The notes beneath the pieces were generated by a model. The model was not told the origin of the DNA and did not search any database. It worked only from the letters and a program-made list of their open reading frames with translations. 64,000 bases of DNA, taken from NCBI RefSeq assembly GCF_964355755.1, contig NC_092676.1, positions 12,198,671-12,262,670 on the forward strand, in the 5' to 3' direction. Each line of letters begins with the position of its first letter. Position 1 is the first letter of the stretch. The DNA comes from Antedon mediterranea. Its lineage: Eukaryota; Animalia; Echinodermata. Positions 36,331 through 49,300 of the stretch are shown here, piece after piece. The position numbers and the translations under genes were made by a program.

Positions 36331-39300
36331 ACAAAAACATCAAAGTGTACAAAATAGCTTCAAATCGTATTTGGAGACGTTTTAGACCATTTTGTGCGTT
36401 TCGATGTATCTTGGTTACACAAAAACATCAAAGTGCTTAAAATCACATTTAAAACCGTTTTAGTGCATTTTGAGCATTTCGATAAAACTTTTCACACAAA
36501 AACATCAAATTGCACAAAATAGCTTAATATCGTGTTTGAAAACGTTTTAGACCATTTTGAGCATGTCGATAAAACTTTTCACACAAAAACATAAAAGTGC
36601 ACAGAATAGCTTCAAATCGCATTTGGAGTCGTTTTAGACCATTTTGTGCATTTCGAAAAAACTTTTTAACATAAAAACACCAAAGTTCTTAGAATAGCTT
36701 CAAATCGCATTTGGAGACGTTTTAGACCATTTTGTGCATATCGATGAAACTTGGTTACACAAAAACATCAAAGTGCTTAAAATCACATTTGAAACCGTTT
36801 TAGAGCATTTTGAGCATTTCGATAAAACTTTTCACACAAAAACATCAAAGTGTACAAAATAGCTTCAAATCACATTTGAAACCGTTTTAGACCATTTAGA
36901 GCATTTCGATAAAACTTTTCACACAAAAACATCAAAGTGTACAAAATAGCTTCAAATCGCATTTGAAGACGTTTTAGACCATTTTGTGTTTTTCGAAAAA
37001 ACTTTTCACACAAAAACATCAAAGTGTACAAAATTGCTTCAAATCGCATTTGGAGACGTTTTAGACCATTTTGTGCATTTCGATGAAACTTGGTTACACA
37101 AAAACATCAAAGTGCTTAAAATTTCATTTGAAAGCGTTTTAGAGCATTTTGAGCATTTCGATAATACTTTTCACACAAAAACATCAAAGTGTACAAAATA
37201 GCTTCAAATCGCATTTGGAGACGTTTTAGACCATTTTGTGCATTTCGATAAAACTTTTCACACAAAAACATCAAAGTGTACAAAATAACTTCAAATCGTA
37301 TTTAGAGACGTTTTAGACCATTTTGTGCATTTTGATAAAACTTTTCACACAAAAACATCAAATTGCACAAAATAGCTTAATATCGTGTTTGAAAACGTTT
37401 TAAACCATTTTGAGCATGTCGATAAAACTTTTCACACAAAAATATCAAAGTGCACAGAATATCTTCAAATCGCATTTAGAGACGTTTTAGACCATTTTGT
37501 GCATTTCGAAAAAATTTGTTAACATAAAAAGACCAAAGTGTTTAGAATATCTCCAAATCGCATTTGGAGACGTTTTAGACCATTTTGTGATTTTCGAAAA
37601 ACTTTTCACACTAAAACATCAAAGTGTAGAAAATTGCTTCAAATCGCATTTAGAGATGTTTTAGACCATTTTGTGCATTTCGAAAAAATTTGTTAACATA
37701 AAAAGACCAAAGTGTTTAGAATATCTCCAAATCGCATTTGGAGACGTTTTAGACCATTTTGTGCATTTCGATGACACTTGGTTACACAAAAACATCAAAG
37801 TGCTTAAAATCACATTTAAAACCGTTTTAAAGCGTTTTGAGCATTTCGATAAACTTTTCAAACAAAAACATCAAAGTGTACAAAATAGCTTCAAATCGTA
37901 TTTGGAGACGTTTTAGAGCATTTTGTGCGTTTCGATGAATCTTGGTTACACAAAAACATCAAAGTGCTTAAAATCACATTTAAAACCGTTGTAGTGCATT
38001 TTGAGCATTTCGATAAAACTTTTCACACAAAAACATCAAATTGCACAAAATAGCTTAATATCGTGTTTGAAAACGTTTTAGACCATTTTGAGCATGTCGA
38101 TAAAACTTTTCACACAAAAACATCAAAGTGAACAGAATAGCTTCAAATTGCATTTGGAGACGTTTTAGAGCATTTTGTGCATTTCGATAAAATGTGTTAA
38201 CATAAAAAGACCAAAGTGTTTAGAATATCTTCAAATCACATTTGGAGACGTTTTAGACCATTTTTTGCATTTCGATGAAACTTGGTTACACAAAAACATC
38301 AAAGTGCTTAAAATCACATTTAAAACCGTTTTAGAGCATTTTGAGCATTTCAATAAAACTTTTCACACAAAAACATCAAAAAGTGCACAGAATATCTTCA
38401 AATCGAATTTAGAGACGTTTTAGACCATTTTGTGCATTTCGAAAAAATTTGTTAACATAAAAAGACCAAAGTGTTTAGAATATCTCCAAATCGCATTTGG
38501 AGACGTTTTAGACCATTTTGTGCATTTCGATGAAACTTGGTTACACAAAAACATCAAAGTGCTTAAAATCACATTTGAAACCGTTTTAGAGCATTTTGAG
38601 CATTTCGATAAAACTTTTCACACAAAAACATCAAAGTGTACAAAATAGCTTCAAATCGCATTTGGAGACGTTTTAGACCATTTTGTGCATTTCGATGAAA
38701 CTTGGTTACACAAAAACATCAAAGTGCTTAAAATCACATTTGAAACCGTTTTAGAGCATTTTTAGCATTTCGATAATACTTTTCACACAAAAACATCAAA
38801 GTGTACAAAATAGCTTCAAATCGCATTTGGAGACGTTTTAGACCATTTTGTGCATTTCGATAAAACTTTTCACACAAAAACATCAAAGTGTACAAAATAG
38901 CTTCAAATCGCATTTAGAGACGTTTTAGACCATTTTGTGCATTTCGATAAAACTTTTCACACAAAAACATCAAATTGCACAAAATAGCTTCAAGTCGCAT
39001 TTGGAGACGTTTTAAACCATTTTGTGCATTTCGATAAAACTTTTCACATAAAAACATCAAAGTGTACAAAATAGCTTCAAATGGCATTTAGAGACGTTTT
39101 AGACCATTTTGGGCATTTCGATGAAACTTAGTTACACAAATACATAAAAGTCCTTAAAATCACATTTCAAACCGTTTTAGAGCATTTTGAGCATTTCGAT
39201 AAAACTTTTCACACAAAAACATCAAAGTGCACAAAATAGCTTCAAATCGCATTTAGAGATGTTTTAGACCATTTTGTGCAATTCGATAAAACTTTTCACA

Positions 39301-40489
39301 CAAAAACATCAAATTGCACAAAATAGCTTAATATCGTGTTTGAAAACGTTTTAGACCATTTTGAGCATGTCGATAAAACTTTTCACACAAAAACATAAAA
39401 GTGAACCGAATAGCTTCAAATTGGATTTGGAGACGTTTTAGAGCATTTTGTGCATTTCGATAAAATGTGTTAACATAAAAAGACCAAAGTGTTTAGAATA
39501 TCTTCAAATCACATTTGGAGACGTTTTAGACCATTTTTTGCATTTCGATGAAACTTGGTTACACAAAAACATCAAAGTGCTTAAAACCGTTGCTTAAAAT
39601 CACATTTAAAACCGTTTTAGAGCATTTTGAGCATTTCGTTAAAACTTTTCACACAAAAACATCAAAGTGTACAAAATAGCTTCAAATCGCATTTAGAGAG
39701 GTTTTAGACCATTTTGTGCATTTCGATAAAACTTTTCACACAAAAACATCAAAGTGAACAAAATAACTTCAAATCGCATTTAGAGACGTTTTAGACCATT
39801 TTGTGCATTTTGATAAAACTTTTCACACAAAAACATCAAATTGCACAAAATAGCTTAATACCGTGTTTGAAATCGTTTTAAACCATTTTGAGCATGTCGA
39901 TAAAACTTTTCACAAAAAAACATCAAAGTGCACAGAATAGCTTCAAATCGCATTTGGAGACGTTTTAAACCATTTTGTGCATTTCGATAAAACTTTTCAC
40001 ATAAAAACATCAAAGTGTACAAAATAGCTTCAAATCGCATTTAGAGACGTTTTAGACCATTTTGGGCATTTCGATGAAACTAAGTTACACAAATACATAA
40101 AAGTCCTTAAAATCACATTTCAAACCGTTTTAGAGCATTTTGAGCATTTCGATAAAACTTTTCACACAAAAATATCAAAGTGCACAGAATAGCTTCAAAT
40201 CGCATTTGGAGACGTTTTAGACCATTTTGTGGTTTTCGAAAAAACTTTTCACACAAAAACATCAAAGTGTACAAAATTGCTTCAAATCGCATTTGGAGAC
40301 GTTTTAGACCATTTTGTGATTTTCGAAAAACTTTTCACACAAAAACATCAAAGTGTAGAAAATTGCTTCAAATCGCATTTAGAGACGTTTTAGACCATTT
40401 TGTGCATTTCGAAAAAATTTGTTAACATAAAAAGACCAAAGTGTTTAGAATATCTCCAAATCGCATTTGGAGACGTTTTAGACCATTTT

Positions 40490-41560
40490 TTTTTTTATCT
40501 TATGTGGGTTCATCCCACTTTTATTTCCATACCACTGTTCTCTTTACATATATTTTTCACTATACACTATACATATCATTATATTTACAATGTTTGTTTA
40601 ATCATCTGTATACATATACTTATTTAAAGAGTTTTATTCATTTGTTTACATATTATCACATTGATTACATAGCTTCCTCTTTTTAGACATATTATCTGTA
40701 ACACATTTTCATTAACAAGCTTATTTTTTTTTCTTACATAGTTGTTTTTGATTTTTTCATCTACCACATTTTCATTTAACAATGCATATTCTCTGTTATA
40801 CTCATTACTTACTAAATGTTTACTGTTAACATTATATTGTTCTCATCCTTTAACATTAATATTAATATTTTTGTTCTTTAATGTTTACAAAACCAGCAGA
40901 TCCTTTTTTGCATCTATAACTTCTTAAAATTTCATTTAACTTTTTTACTTTCTTCTCTTATGTGGATTCATTCCACTTTTTTTTTTTTTTTTACTTATTT
41001 TCTTTAAAAAAAAAAAAAAAAAAAACTATTTCCATATATTATTTTGTTTATACATACATTATCATTTAACCACATTGATTACATAGTTTCCTCTTTTTAT
41101 ACATATTATCTATAACACATTTTCATTAACAAAGCTTATTTTTTCTTACATAGTTGTTTTTGGTTTTTTTTCATCTACATGCATATTTATTTCATACAAT
41201 TATAATACGTTTATGTTTAATAAATCCATCCCATGGGTTTGTCCCATTTTATTTTTCTTTGGATTTATCTATGCAAACATATTTTCATTTAAACAATGCA
41301 TATTCTCAGTTATACTAATTACTTACTAACTTTTTACTGTTAACATTATATTTTCCTCATCCTTTAACATTGATTTTTTTTATCTTTAAATGTTTACAAA
41401 ATTTATTTCCAACAGATTATCCTTTTTTGCATCTACAGTATAACCCATCAAAGTTTCATTTAACTTTTTTTTCCTATGTGGGTTCATTCAATTATTTTTT
41501 TTTTACTTATTATTTATTCTATTATTTTTTTTATACATACATTATCATTTAACAACATTT
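40490..41560 (-). repeat. 3'UTR degenerate tandem repeat, copy 2
   Basis: Same three atgtgg(g/a)ttcat anchors (40502, 40960, ~41477) as in copy 1. Confidence 0.88.
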
Positions 41561-41847
41561 GTGTTTAATGATCCATTAAAAAAATTTGACATTTTTTTTT
41601 TTCTTTTTAACCATTTTATCATTTCAAAATTCCACATGCAGTAAGAATGTGCAAATTACATATATACGGTATATACCTATAATATGAAAGCTTTGATGAA
41701 AACACTTCACCACTTAAACCTAAACCTTCTTATCCTTCATCATTTTTTTTTATCATCAATCTATAAAAAGCTTTTCACATTTTGTCTTTTTGTTTTCAAA
41801 TCATCAAGGTATACATATTTACAAAATATACAGTATAGTAGCAAGGG

Positions 41848-41879
<32 letters not shown>

Positions 41880-41961
41880 ATAATAGATTCATCATTCATG
41901 GTATCTCATTTACATATTTTCTTCCTTAATCTGGTTGAGCATATATAGTATACCTGCAGAT

Positions 41962-44900
41962 TTACATATTTCTTATCTTTTTTTCAGATTTAAACATTTG
42001 TAGGAGATTGATTTTTTTTTCCTTTTCCAATAAACTTAATATCTTTACTTTATAAATACAAAATGCTCCTAAGGTGTATAATTTATTTACGTAATTATTG
42101 TCAGTTTCAAATAAAAGTCTTTTGAAAGAAAAAACAGGAATATGTATGCTTACTGCTCTAATTATTTCGTTTATCTCTCTCCATAAACATTTTACTGTTA
42201 TGCACTCTACTAACATATGTTTATCATTCTCAATAACATTGCATGTGTCACAACATGGGGAATTTACAAGTCTCCACCTATGTAATCTTTCATTTGTTGG
42301 CAATATTCTGTGCAACAATTTAAAATTAAAATGTGCCAGTTTTTTTCCTTTAAGACCAGAAACTTTCTTAACCCATATTTTTGTCCATGGCATATTACCA
42401 AATATGGATTCCCACTTAACCTGTGCCGTAGGTGTAATATATTGAGCATCTATTATGAATCTATATAATTGTCTAGACGTCATATTTAAGACCTTATTGT
42501 TTGTAATAGGTATATCATTTACATTAATGTCATGTGTTGATTTTAAAATACATTTCCATTCTTTTGGAATGGCTTTCAATATACATGAATATTCACTGAT
42601 CCAATTTTGTGTACATCTTAACCTTCTTTTTATCTCTATCGCAGGCTTAAACACATTATTATTTATTACATCATATATTTTTAAAAACCCTGAACTAATC
42701 CAGTTACAGTTATATAACGGCTTCTTTTTAATACATATAAACTCATTACCCCATAATGATTGATTAATAATGTCATCATAGCTTATTGGTTCCTTATTTA
42801 ATCTATTATTACAAGCATTAGCTACTGCTATAGACTTAATAACTGAGAGGTAAAATGGTGGTACGGATATATTACACGGAACTTTTGATAAATTTGAGGT
42901 TAATGATTTTGGGCCTATCTTTTCTATATAAAATGTAGGTAAATATTTCCATTTGGCATCATCGTTTTCATACAGTCTCCTGTACCATTTAACTTGGAAA
43001 GATATTACCTGAGATCTGAATTCTACCATTTTTAGACCACCTTGACTGTAATTGGCACACATGGTTTTTCTTTTTATTTTCTCTTTCTTAGTTTCCCAAA
43101 TGAATTTAAAAATTAATTTATCCACCTCTTTTATTACTTTTTCTGGTACTAGCAAAATGCAGGAATTGTATATAATTTTTGAGAGCGCTAATGTTTTTAC
43201 AATAGTAATTCTTCCAAAAAAAGTGAGGTGTCTTTTCTCCCATGTTTTTAGGGTATTTTTTAATGCGTCTATTTTTTCTTTCCAGTTCTTTTGATAACAA
43301 TATTCCTTATCATGTCCAACATAGATACCTAATATCCGAATTGGTGTGGATGTCCAAGAAATGTTACCATGTGTGTCCTTGCAGTCTCTTAAACTGCCAA
43401 GCCAAAAAGCATTTGTTTTATTCTTATTTAATTTTAATCCAGAAACCTCTCCAAACTTTTCAATAATACTTATGCTGTTATCTATACTATTTATATCCTT
43501 TAGAAAAAGCACAGTGTCATCTGCTAGCTGTGCAATCTTAATATCTTTAAATATACCATTGCCTGCAGGAACAATCAGGCCTTTGACCATATCACATGCT
43601 CTTATTTTTGTAGCTAGGACTTCAGCTACTAAAATAAACAATAGAGCAGACAAGGGACATCCTTGTCTAATACCTTGGTGCATTGCAAAACTTTCTGATT
43701 GCCAACCATTATTTGTGAATATACAATTTGTATTGTTATACAGTGCTTTTACCCAGTTCACAAATGAAATACCAAAATTGAATTTATTTAAGGCTTCTAT
43801 TAAAAATGATCTATTGACACTGTCAAATGCTTTTTGGAAATCTAAACTTATAAGTATACCTTCAAGCTGTTCATTTTCCATGTAAGTAATTATGTCCTCT
43901 ATTAGTCTTATATTGTCACCACCAAAGCGACCTTTTACATACCCTTTTTGGTCATTGTTTATTATATACTTTGCAACTCGATGTAATCTTGTTGTAAGAA
44001 CAAAAGAAGCTATTTTGTAGTCAATATTGAGTAAAGTGATAGGACGCCAGTTATTTAAATCTTTGTGATCACCTTTTTTGTAAATAAGGTTGATTATTCC
44101 CCTTCTTTGTGACACAGACATTTCTTGTGTGGCAAAACCATAATTTAGTGCATCACAAACAAGGTCACAGATAAGGTACCAGAAGAGTTGATAAAACTCA
44201 ACTGTTAAACCGTCACTGCCTGGAGCTTAATTTTTTTTCATTTTCTTCATTGCTTGCTCACATTCGAAGAGAGAGAGATGACCCTCACACATCTCTTGTT
44301 CTGCCTCTGTGAGTTTAGTTAAATTAACATGAGATAGGTACTTATCAATTGATTTGTAAGGAACATCTTGTTTTGAATATATTTTTTTGAAGAAATTAAC
44401 CTCTTCCTTCAATATCTCTGTGGAATTTGATATAATGGATCCGTCCTGTTTTTTTAATTTTTTAATATGTTTTTTATTACTATTATTTTTCTCTAAACCA
44501 AGAAAGTATTTAGTGTTTCGTTCGCCATCTTCTATCCACTTTACTCTTGACCTAATTTGAGCGCCTTTAGCTTCCAATAGGTAAATTTGCTCAAGTTCAT
44601 TCTTTTTTTGATCTAATTCTGTTTCATACTGGATATTATTATCAGTATTATCCTTTTTCATAATTAAATCATTAATGATAGCAATTTCCTGTTGAAGTAT
44701 TTCTTTTCTTTTGCATTTATTTTTATTTTTCATTTTCCCATATTTTATGGAGAATTCCTTTATTTTTACTTTAATCATTTCCCATTTATCCTTTGGGTTA
44801 AGTTCTTCTAATCTAGCTCTTTCTATTATGTTTTTGATGTTGTTTATATAATCTTCATTATCTAAGTGAGAATTGTTCATTTTCCATAATCCTGGGCCTC

Positions 44901-45641
44901 TTTCTTCATTAGTTAAACTTATTTTTAAGGATATGGCTTGGTGATCAGACATGATTGACGGCCTGATATCACATGTGTTAACATATTCACATAAGTCGTT
45001 AGATATAAAAAATAGTCCAACCTTCTGTACGTTTGGGTGGATTTCCTTCGCCATGTGAATTGACATGTATCTGGGTTATTTTTTCTCCAGATGTCATTAA
45101 GATTCAGATTTTTCATAAAATGTGTTATTGTAAAAACAGAATTATCTACTCTATCGACACTACCTTTTTGGTCAAATTTTCTGTCTAGAGCACAATTCAT
45201 GTCACCACCTATAATTATTTTATCATTTTTGCTTTCTTTGAAGTCAATAATTGTTTTATGTAAAGTCCTGAAGTAAGAACATCGATCTTTTACATAATTT
45301 GGGGCATATGAATTGACAAGAATGAAATAGTTGTCATCTATTTGAACTCTTAGAAGTAAAAATCTACCATTAATATCTTTGTATTGTTTTGTTACCCTGT
45401 GTTGAATTTTACTAGCAATAAATGTGGATGTTCCTCTACTGTGTGATGAGCCAAAGCAGTGGTAGGAATCACCTTGCCATATATCATTCAGTGACTGGGT
45501 TTTATCATTTGTCAAATGTGATTCTTGAATGAAGATGATATCTGCTTTGTTGTCTTTGACCCATTTAAAAATACTAATTTGTTTTTGTTTTTCTCTAAAT
45601 CCTCTAACATTTAATGATAAAAGGTGTATGTTTGGTGTCAT
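41962..45641 (-). pseudogene. ORF2 (APE-RT-zinc finger), copy 2; same frameshift (45006-45012) and same in-frame TAA (44227-44229)
   Basis: Translations match copy 1 except GTSTII vs GTSTFI in the APE domain. Confidence 0.95.
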
Positions 45642-45760
45642 ATGATTATTAAATATAAAACATTTTATAAACTTTATAATTTATCTTAAATAAAAAAACT
45701 AAATTGTAATAATAAACATTTGAAGTCATATTGCACAGTATGATACAGTAGTTCTGCAAC

Positions 45761-46996
45761 TTACTTCCTTGTAACCCTTTTCCTTAGGTTGATTTTTTTT
45801 TTTTTTTTCTGTGGTGGATTTTCTGGTGATGTTTCCTTTAAATCTTTTTCAGTTCTACTTTCATCAGTGGTAGCCCCTTTCCTTTCATTGTTACTTTTTG
45901 AGTTTTGAGTGGAAGAAACAAAAAAATCTGTTACCTTCTTCTGTTCTTTGCTTTCACTTGCTTCACTAATGGTCTTTTCCTCACTGTCCAAAATTATTAT
46001 ATCTTTGTCTTTTACATGTTCTTGTTCTTCATCAGATTCACTTCCGCTGCTGTCATCTGCAGTATCTTGTGAGCTGAACACTTCATCAATATCTACTTCT
46101 GTGTCTGAATTTGGGTTTGCATTATCATGTGATTTATCTTTATCTGTTATCTTTAAGTCTTTATCTGTTATTTGTTTTGGTATTGGAGTGTGCACAAATG
46201 ATTCCCACATACGGTTAATATATGCCCCTGTTGATCCCATTGAGTTGGCTGATATTTGCTGTTGGCCTATTTCATTGTTGCAAGTGCTCATAGTATGACC
46301 TTCTTGGTGACATTTAAAGCATACTCTATTAGCCTTACATTGATAAGCTTCGTGTCCATTTTTCAAGCATTTGTTACATTTGATCTCTTGTCCTTCGTGA
46401 AACACACGAGCTTTGAAACCATTTAGAACGATTTGCCTGGGTATGGGGGATGACATTTTTTCAACAAAGACAGCCCTATCACCATTAAGCCAACTTGTCA
46501 GTTGTCCGTTGACTCTGATTTTTTGCCTCATTATATCACTTACTGGTTTGCAACCCAATGCTTTTAACCGGTTTGCTATCTCGGAGTCCGCTACAGACAA
46601 CGGAATATCTTTAATGAGGATTCTCGTACTGTCCGTTTTGTTATATGCAAGATATGGATTAATGTCGAACACTGTGACATTACAATTTCTTATGTTAATA
46701 CCGTTCGTTATTAGTTGCACTCTGTCTTTCCTATCATTGACATAGATTCTCCAGAGATTCCGGATTTTCTGAACACCTACGATGTGATCGGCGGGTATAA
46801 TTTTTGTTAATGTAATGCATAGATCTTCATCTCTAAAGAACGATTTATCGGTTGGAATTTGGTCTGCTTTTAAAAACACCGGCTTCACACCTCCTTGTTG
46901 TTGCGTTGTTTGCATACCGGCTTTGTTTACTCGGTTGCTCGTAGCCCCCGCTGACTTTGTAGAAGCGGCGGGAGATTTCGGTTGATATGTAGCCAT
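45761..46996 (-). CDS. ORF1p, copy 2 (411 aa)
   Basis: Identical to copy 1 up to the poly-Lys run. A16 instead of A17 gives the C-terminus KKKKKINLRKRVTRK*. Confidence 0.92.
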   Translation of the reverse strand: MATYQPKSPAASTKSAGATSNRVNKAGMQTTQQQGGVKPVFLKADQIPTDKSFFRDEDLCITLTKIIPADHIVGVQKIRNLWRIYVNDRKDRVQLITNGINIRNCNVTVFDINPYLAYNKTDSTRILIKDIPLSVADSEIANRLKALGCKPVSDIMRQKIRVNGQLTSWLNGDRAVFVEKMSSPIPRQIVLNGFKARVFHEGQEIKCNKCLKNGHEAYQCKANRVCFKCHQEGHTMSTCNNEIGQQQISANSMGSTGAYINRMWESFVHTPIPKQITDKDLKITDKDKSHDNANPNSDTEVDIDEVFSSQDTADDSSGSESDEEQEHVKDKDIIILDSEEKTISEASESKEQKKVTDFFVSSTQNSKSNNERKGATTDESRTEKDLKETSPENPPQKKKKKINLRKRVTRK

Positions 46997-47200
46997 TAAG
47001 CTACGTTGGATTTTACACGTTAAACTTGAGTATATTATCGTAATATACCAAACGACAAACTTCTTTTTGTTCAGAATCCTTATGTAAATCAGGATTACTT
47101 ACTTAATCTTCGTTTTACAGTGAAATATGGTGTAAAAATAACTATTTTACTCAGAGCTTAGTTTGGCCTGTCACCTTGGTTTCCTGACCAGAGCGCCCGT
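46997..47200 (-). promoter_or_regulatory. Retrotransposon 5'UTR, copy 2
   Basis: Matches 9407-9610. Confidence 0.55.
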
Positions 47201-47449
47201 ACAAAAACATCAAAGTGCTTAAAATCACATTTAAAACCGTTTTAGAGCGTTTTGAGCATTTCGATAAACTTTTCACACAAAAACATCAAAGTGCACAAAA
47301 TAGCTTCAAATCGCATTTAGAGATGTTTTAGACCATTTTGTGCATTTCGATAAAACTTTTCACACAAAAACATCAAATTGCACAAAATAGCTTAATACCG
47401 TGTTAGAAATCGTTTTAAACCATTTTGAGCATGTCGATAAAACTTTTCA

Positions 47450-49300
47450 CACAAAAACATCAAAGTGCACAGAATATCTTCAAATCGCATTTAGAGACGT
47501 TTTAGACCATTTTGTGCATTTCGAAAAAATTTGTTAACATAAAAAGACCAAAGTGTTTAGAATATCTCCAAATCGCATTTGGAGACGTTTTAGACCATTT
47601 TGTGCATTTCGATGAAACTTGGTTACACAAAAACATCAAAGTGCTTAAAATCACATTTGAAACTGTTTTAGAGCATTTTGAGCATTTCGATAAAACTTTT
47701 CACACAAAAACATCAAAGTGTACAAAATAGCTTCAAATCACATTTGAAACCGTTTTAGACCATTTTGAGCATTTCGATAAAACTTTTCACACAAAAACAT
47801 CAAAGTGTACAAAATAGCTTCAAATCGCATTTGGAGACGTTTTAGACCATTTTGTGCATTTCGATGAAACTTGGTTACACAAAAACATCAAAGTGCTTAA
47901 AATCACATTTGAAACCGTTTTAGAGCATTTTTAGCATTTCGATAATACTTTTCACACAAAAACATCAAAGTGTACAAAATAGCTTCAAATCGCATTTGGA
48001 GACGTTTTAGACCATTTTGTGCATTTCGATGAAACTTGGTTACACAAAAACATCAAAGTGCTTAAAATCACATTTGAAACCGTTTTAGACCATTTTGAGC
48101 ATTTCGATAAAACTTTTCACACAAAAAAATCAAAGTGCACAAAATAGCTTCAAATCGCATTTGGAGACGTTTTAGACTATTTTGTGCATTTCGAAAAAAT
48201 TTGTTAACATAAAAAGACCAAAGTGTTTAGAATATCTCCAAATCGCATTTGGAGACGTTTTAAACCATTTTGTGCATTTCGATGGAACTTGGTTACACAA
48301 AAACATCAAAGTGCTTAAAATCACATTTAAAACCGTTTTAGAGCATTTTGAGCATTTCGATAAAACTTTTCACACAAAAACATCAAAGTGCACAGAATAT
48401 CTTCAAATCGCATTTAGAGACGTTTTAGACCATTTTGTGCATTTCGAAAAAATTTGTTAACATAAAAAGACCAAAGTGTTTAGAATATCTCCAAATCGCA
48501 TTTGGAGACGTTTTAGACCATTTTGTGCATTTCGATGAAACTTGGTTACACAAAAACATCAAAGTGCTTAAAATCACATTTGAAACTGTTTTAGAGCATT
48601 TTGAGCATTTCGATAAAACTTTTCACACAAAAACATCAAAGTGTACAAAATAGCTTCAAATCACATTTGAAACCGTTTTAGACCATTTTGAGCATTTCGA
48701 TAAAACTTTTCACACAAAAACATCAAAGTGTACAAAATAGCTTCAAATCGCATTTGGAGACGTTTTAGACCATTTTGTGCATTTCGATGAAACTTGGTTA
48801 CACAAAAACATCAAAGTGCTTAAAATCACATTTGAAACCGTTTTAGAGCATTTTTAGCATTTCGATAATACTTTTCACACAAAAACATCAAAGTGTACAA
48901 AATAGCTTCAAATCGCATTTGGAGACGTTTTAGACCATTTTGTGCATTTCGATGAAACTTGGTTACACAAAAACATCAAAGTGCTTAAAATCACATTTGA
49001 AACCGTTTTAGACCATTTTGAGCATTTCGATAAAACTTTTCACACAAAAAAAATCAAAGTGCACAAAATAGCTTCAAATCGCATTTGGAGACGTTTTAGA
49101 CTATTTTGTGCATTTCGAAAAAATTTGTTAACATAAAAAGACCAAAGTGTTTAGAATATCTCCAAATCGCATTTGGAGACGTTTTAAACCATTTTGTGCA
49201 TTTCGATGGAACTTGGTTACACAAAAACATCAAAGTGCTTAAAATCACATTTAAAACCGTTTTAGAGCATTTTGAGCATTTCGATAAAACTTTTCACACA
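47450..49300. repeat. ~924-bp tandem duplication present only downstream of element copy 2
   Basis: The gaaactgtttta variant occurs twice (~47660 and ~48583) versus once (~10070) after copy 1. ORF starts 47512/48435 and 48182/49106. Confidence 0.82.

Larger units (their letters stand above)
9611..40489. repeat. Satellite DNA array, segment 2 (~30.9 kb)
   Basis: Continuous monomers of the same family and orientation; no unique sequence seen. Confidence 0.98.
40486..47200 (-). mobile_element. Full-length non-LTR retrotransposon, L1 clade / Tx1-like, copy 2 (~6.71 kb)
   Basis: Near-identical to 2887-9610. Same T11 left junction (gaccattttttttttatcttatgtggg) and same right junction (gagcgcccgt|acaaaaacatc). 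Confidence 0.96.

Noticed and set aside
40486-47200. Two independent site-specific insertions at the same satellite position
   Set aside because: Identical 5' and 3' junctions, tail length, inactivating lesions and co-duplicated private flank variants indicate duplication of one insertion.
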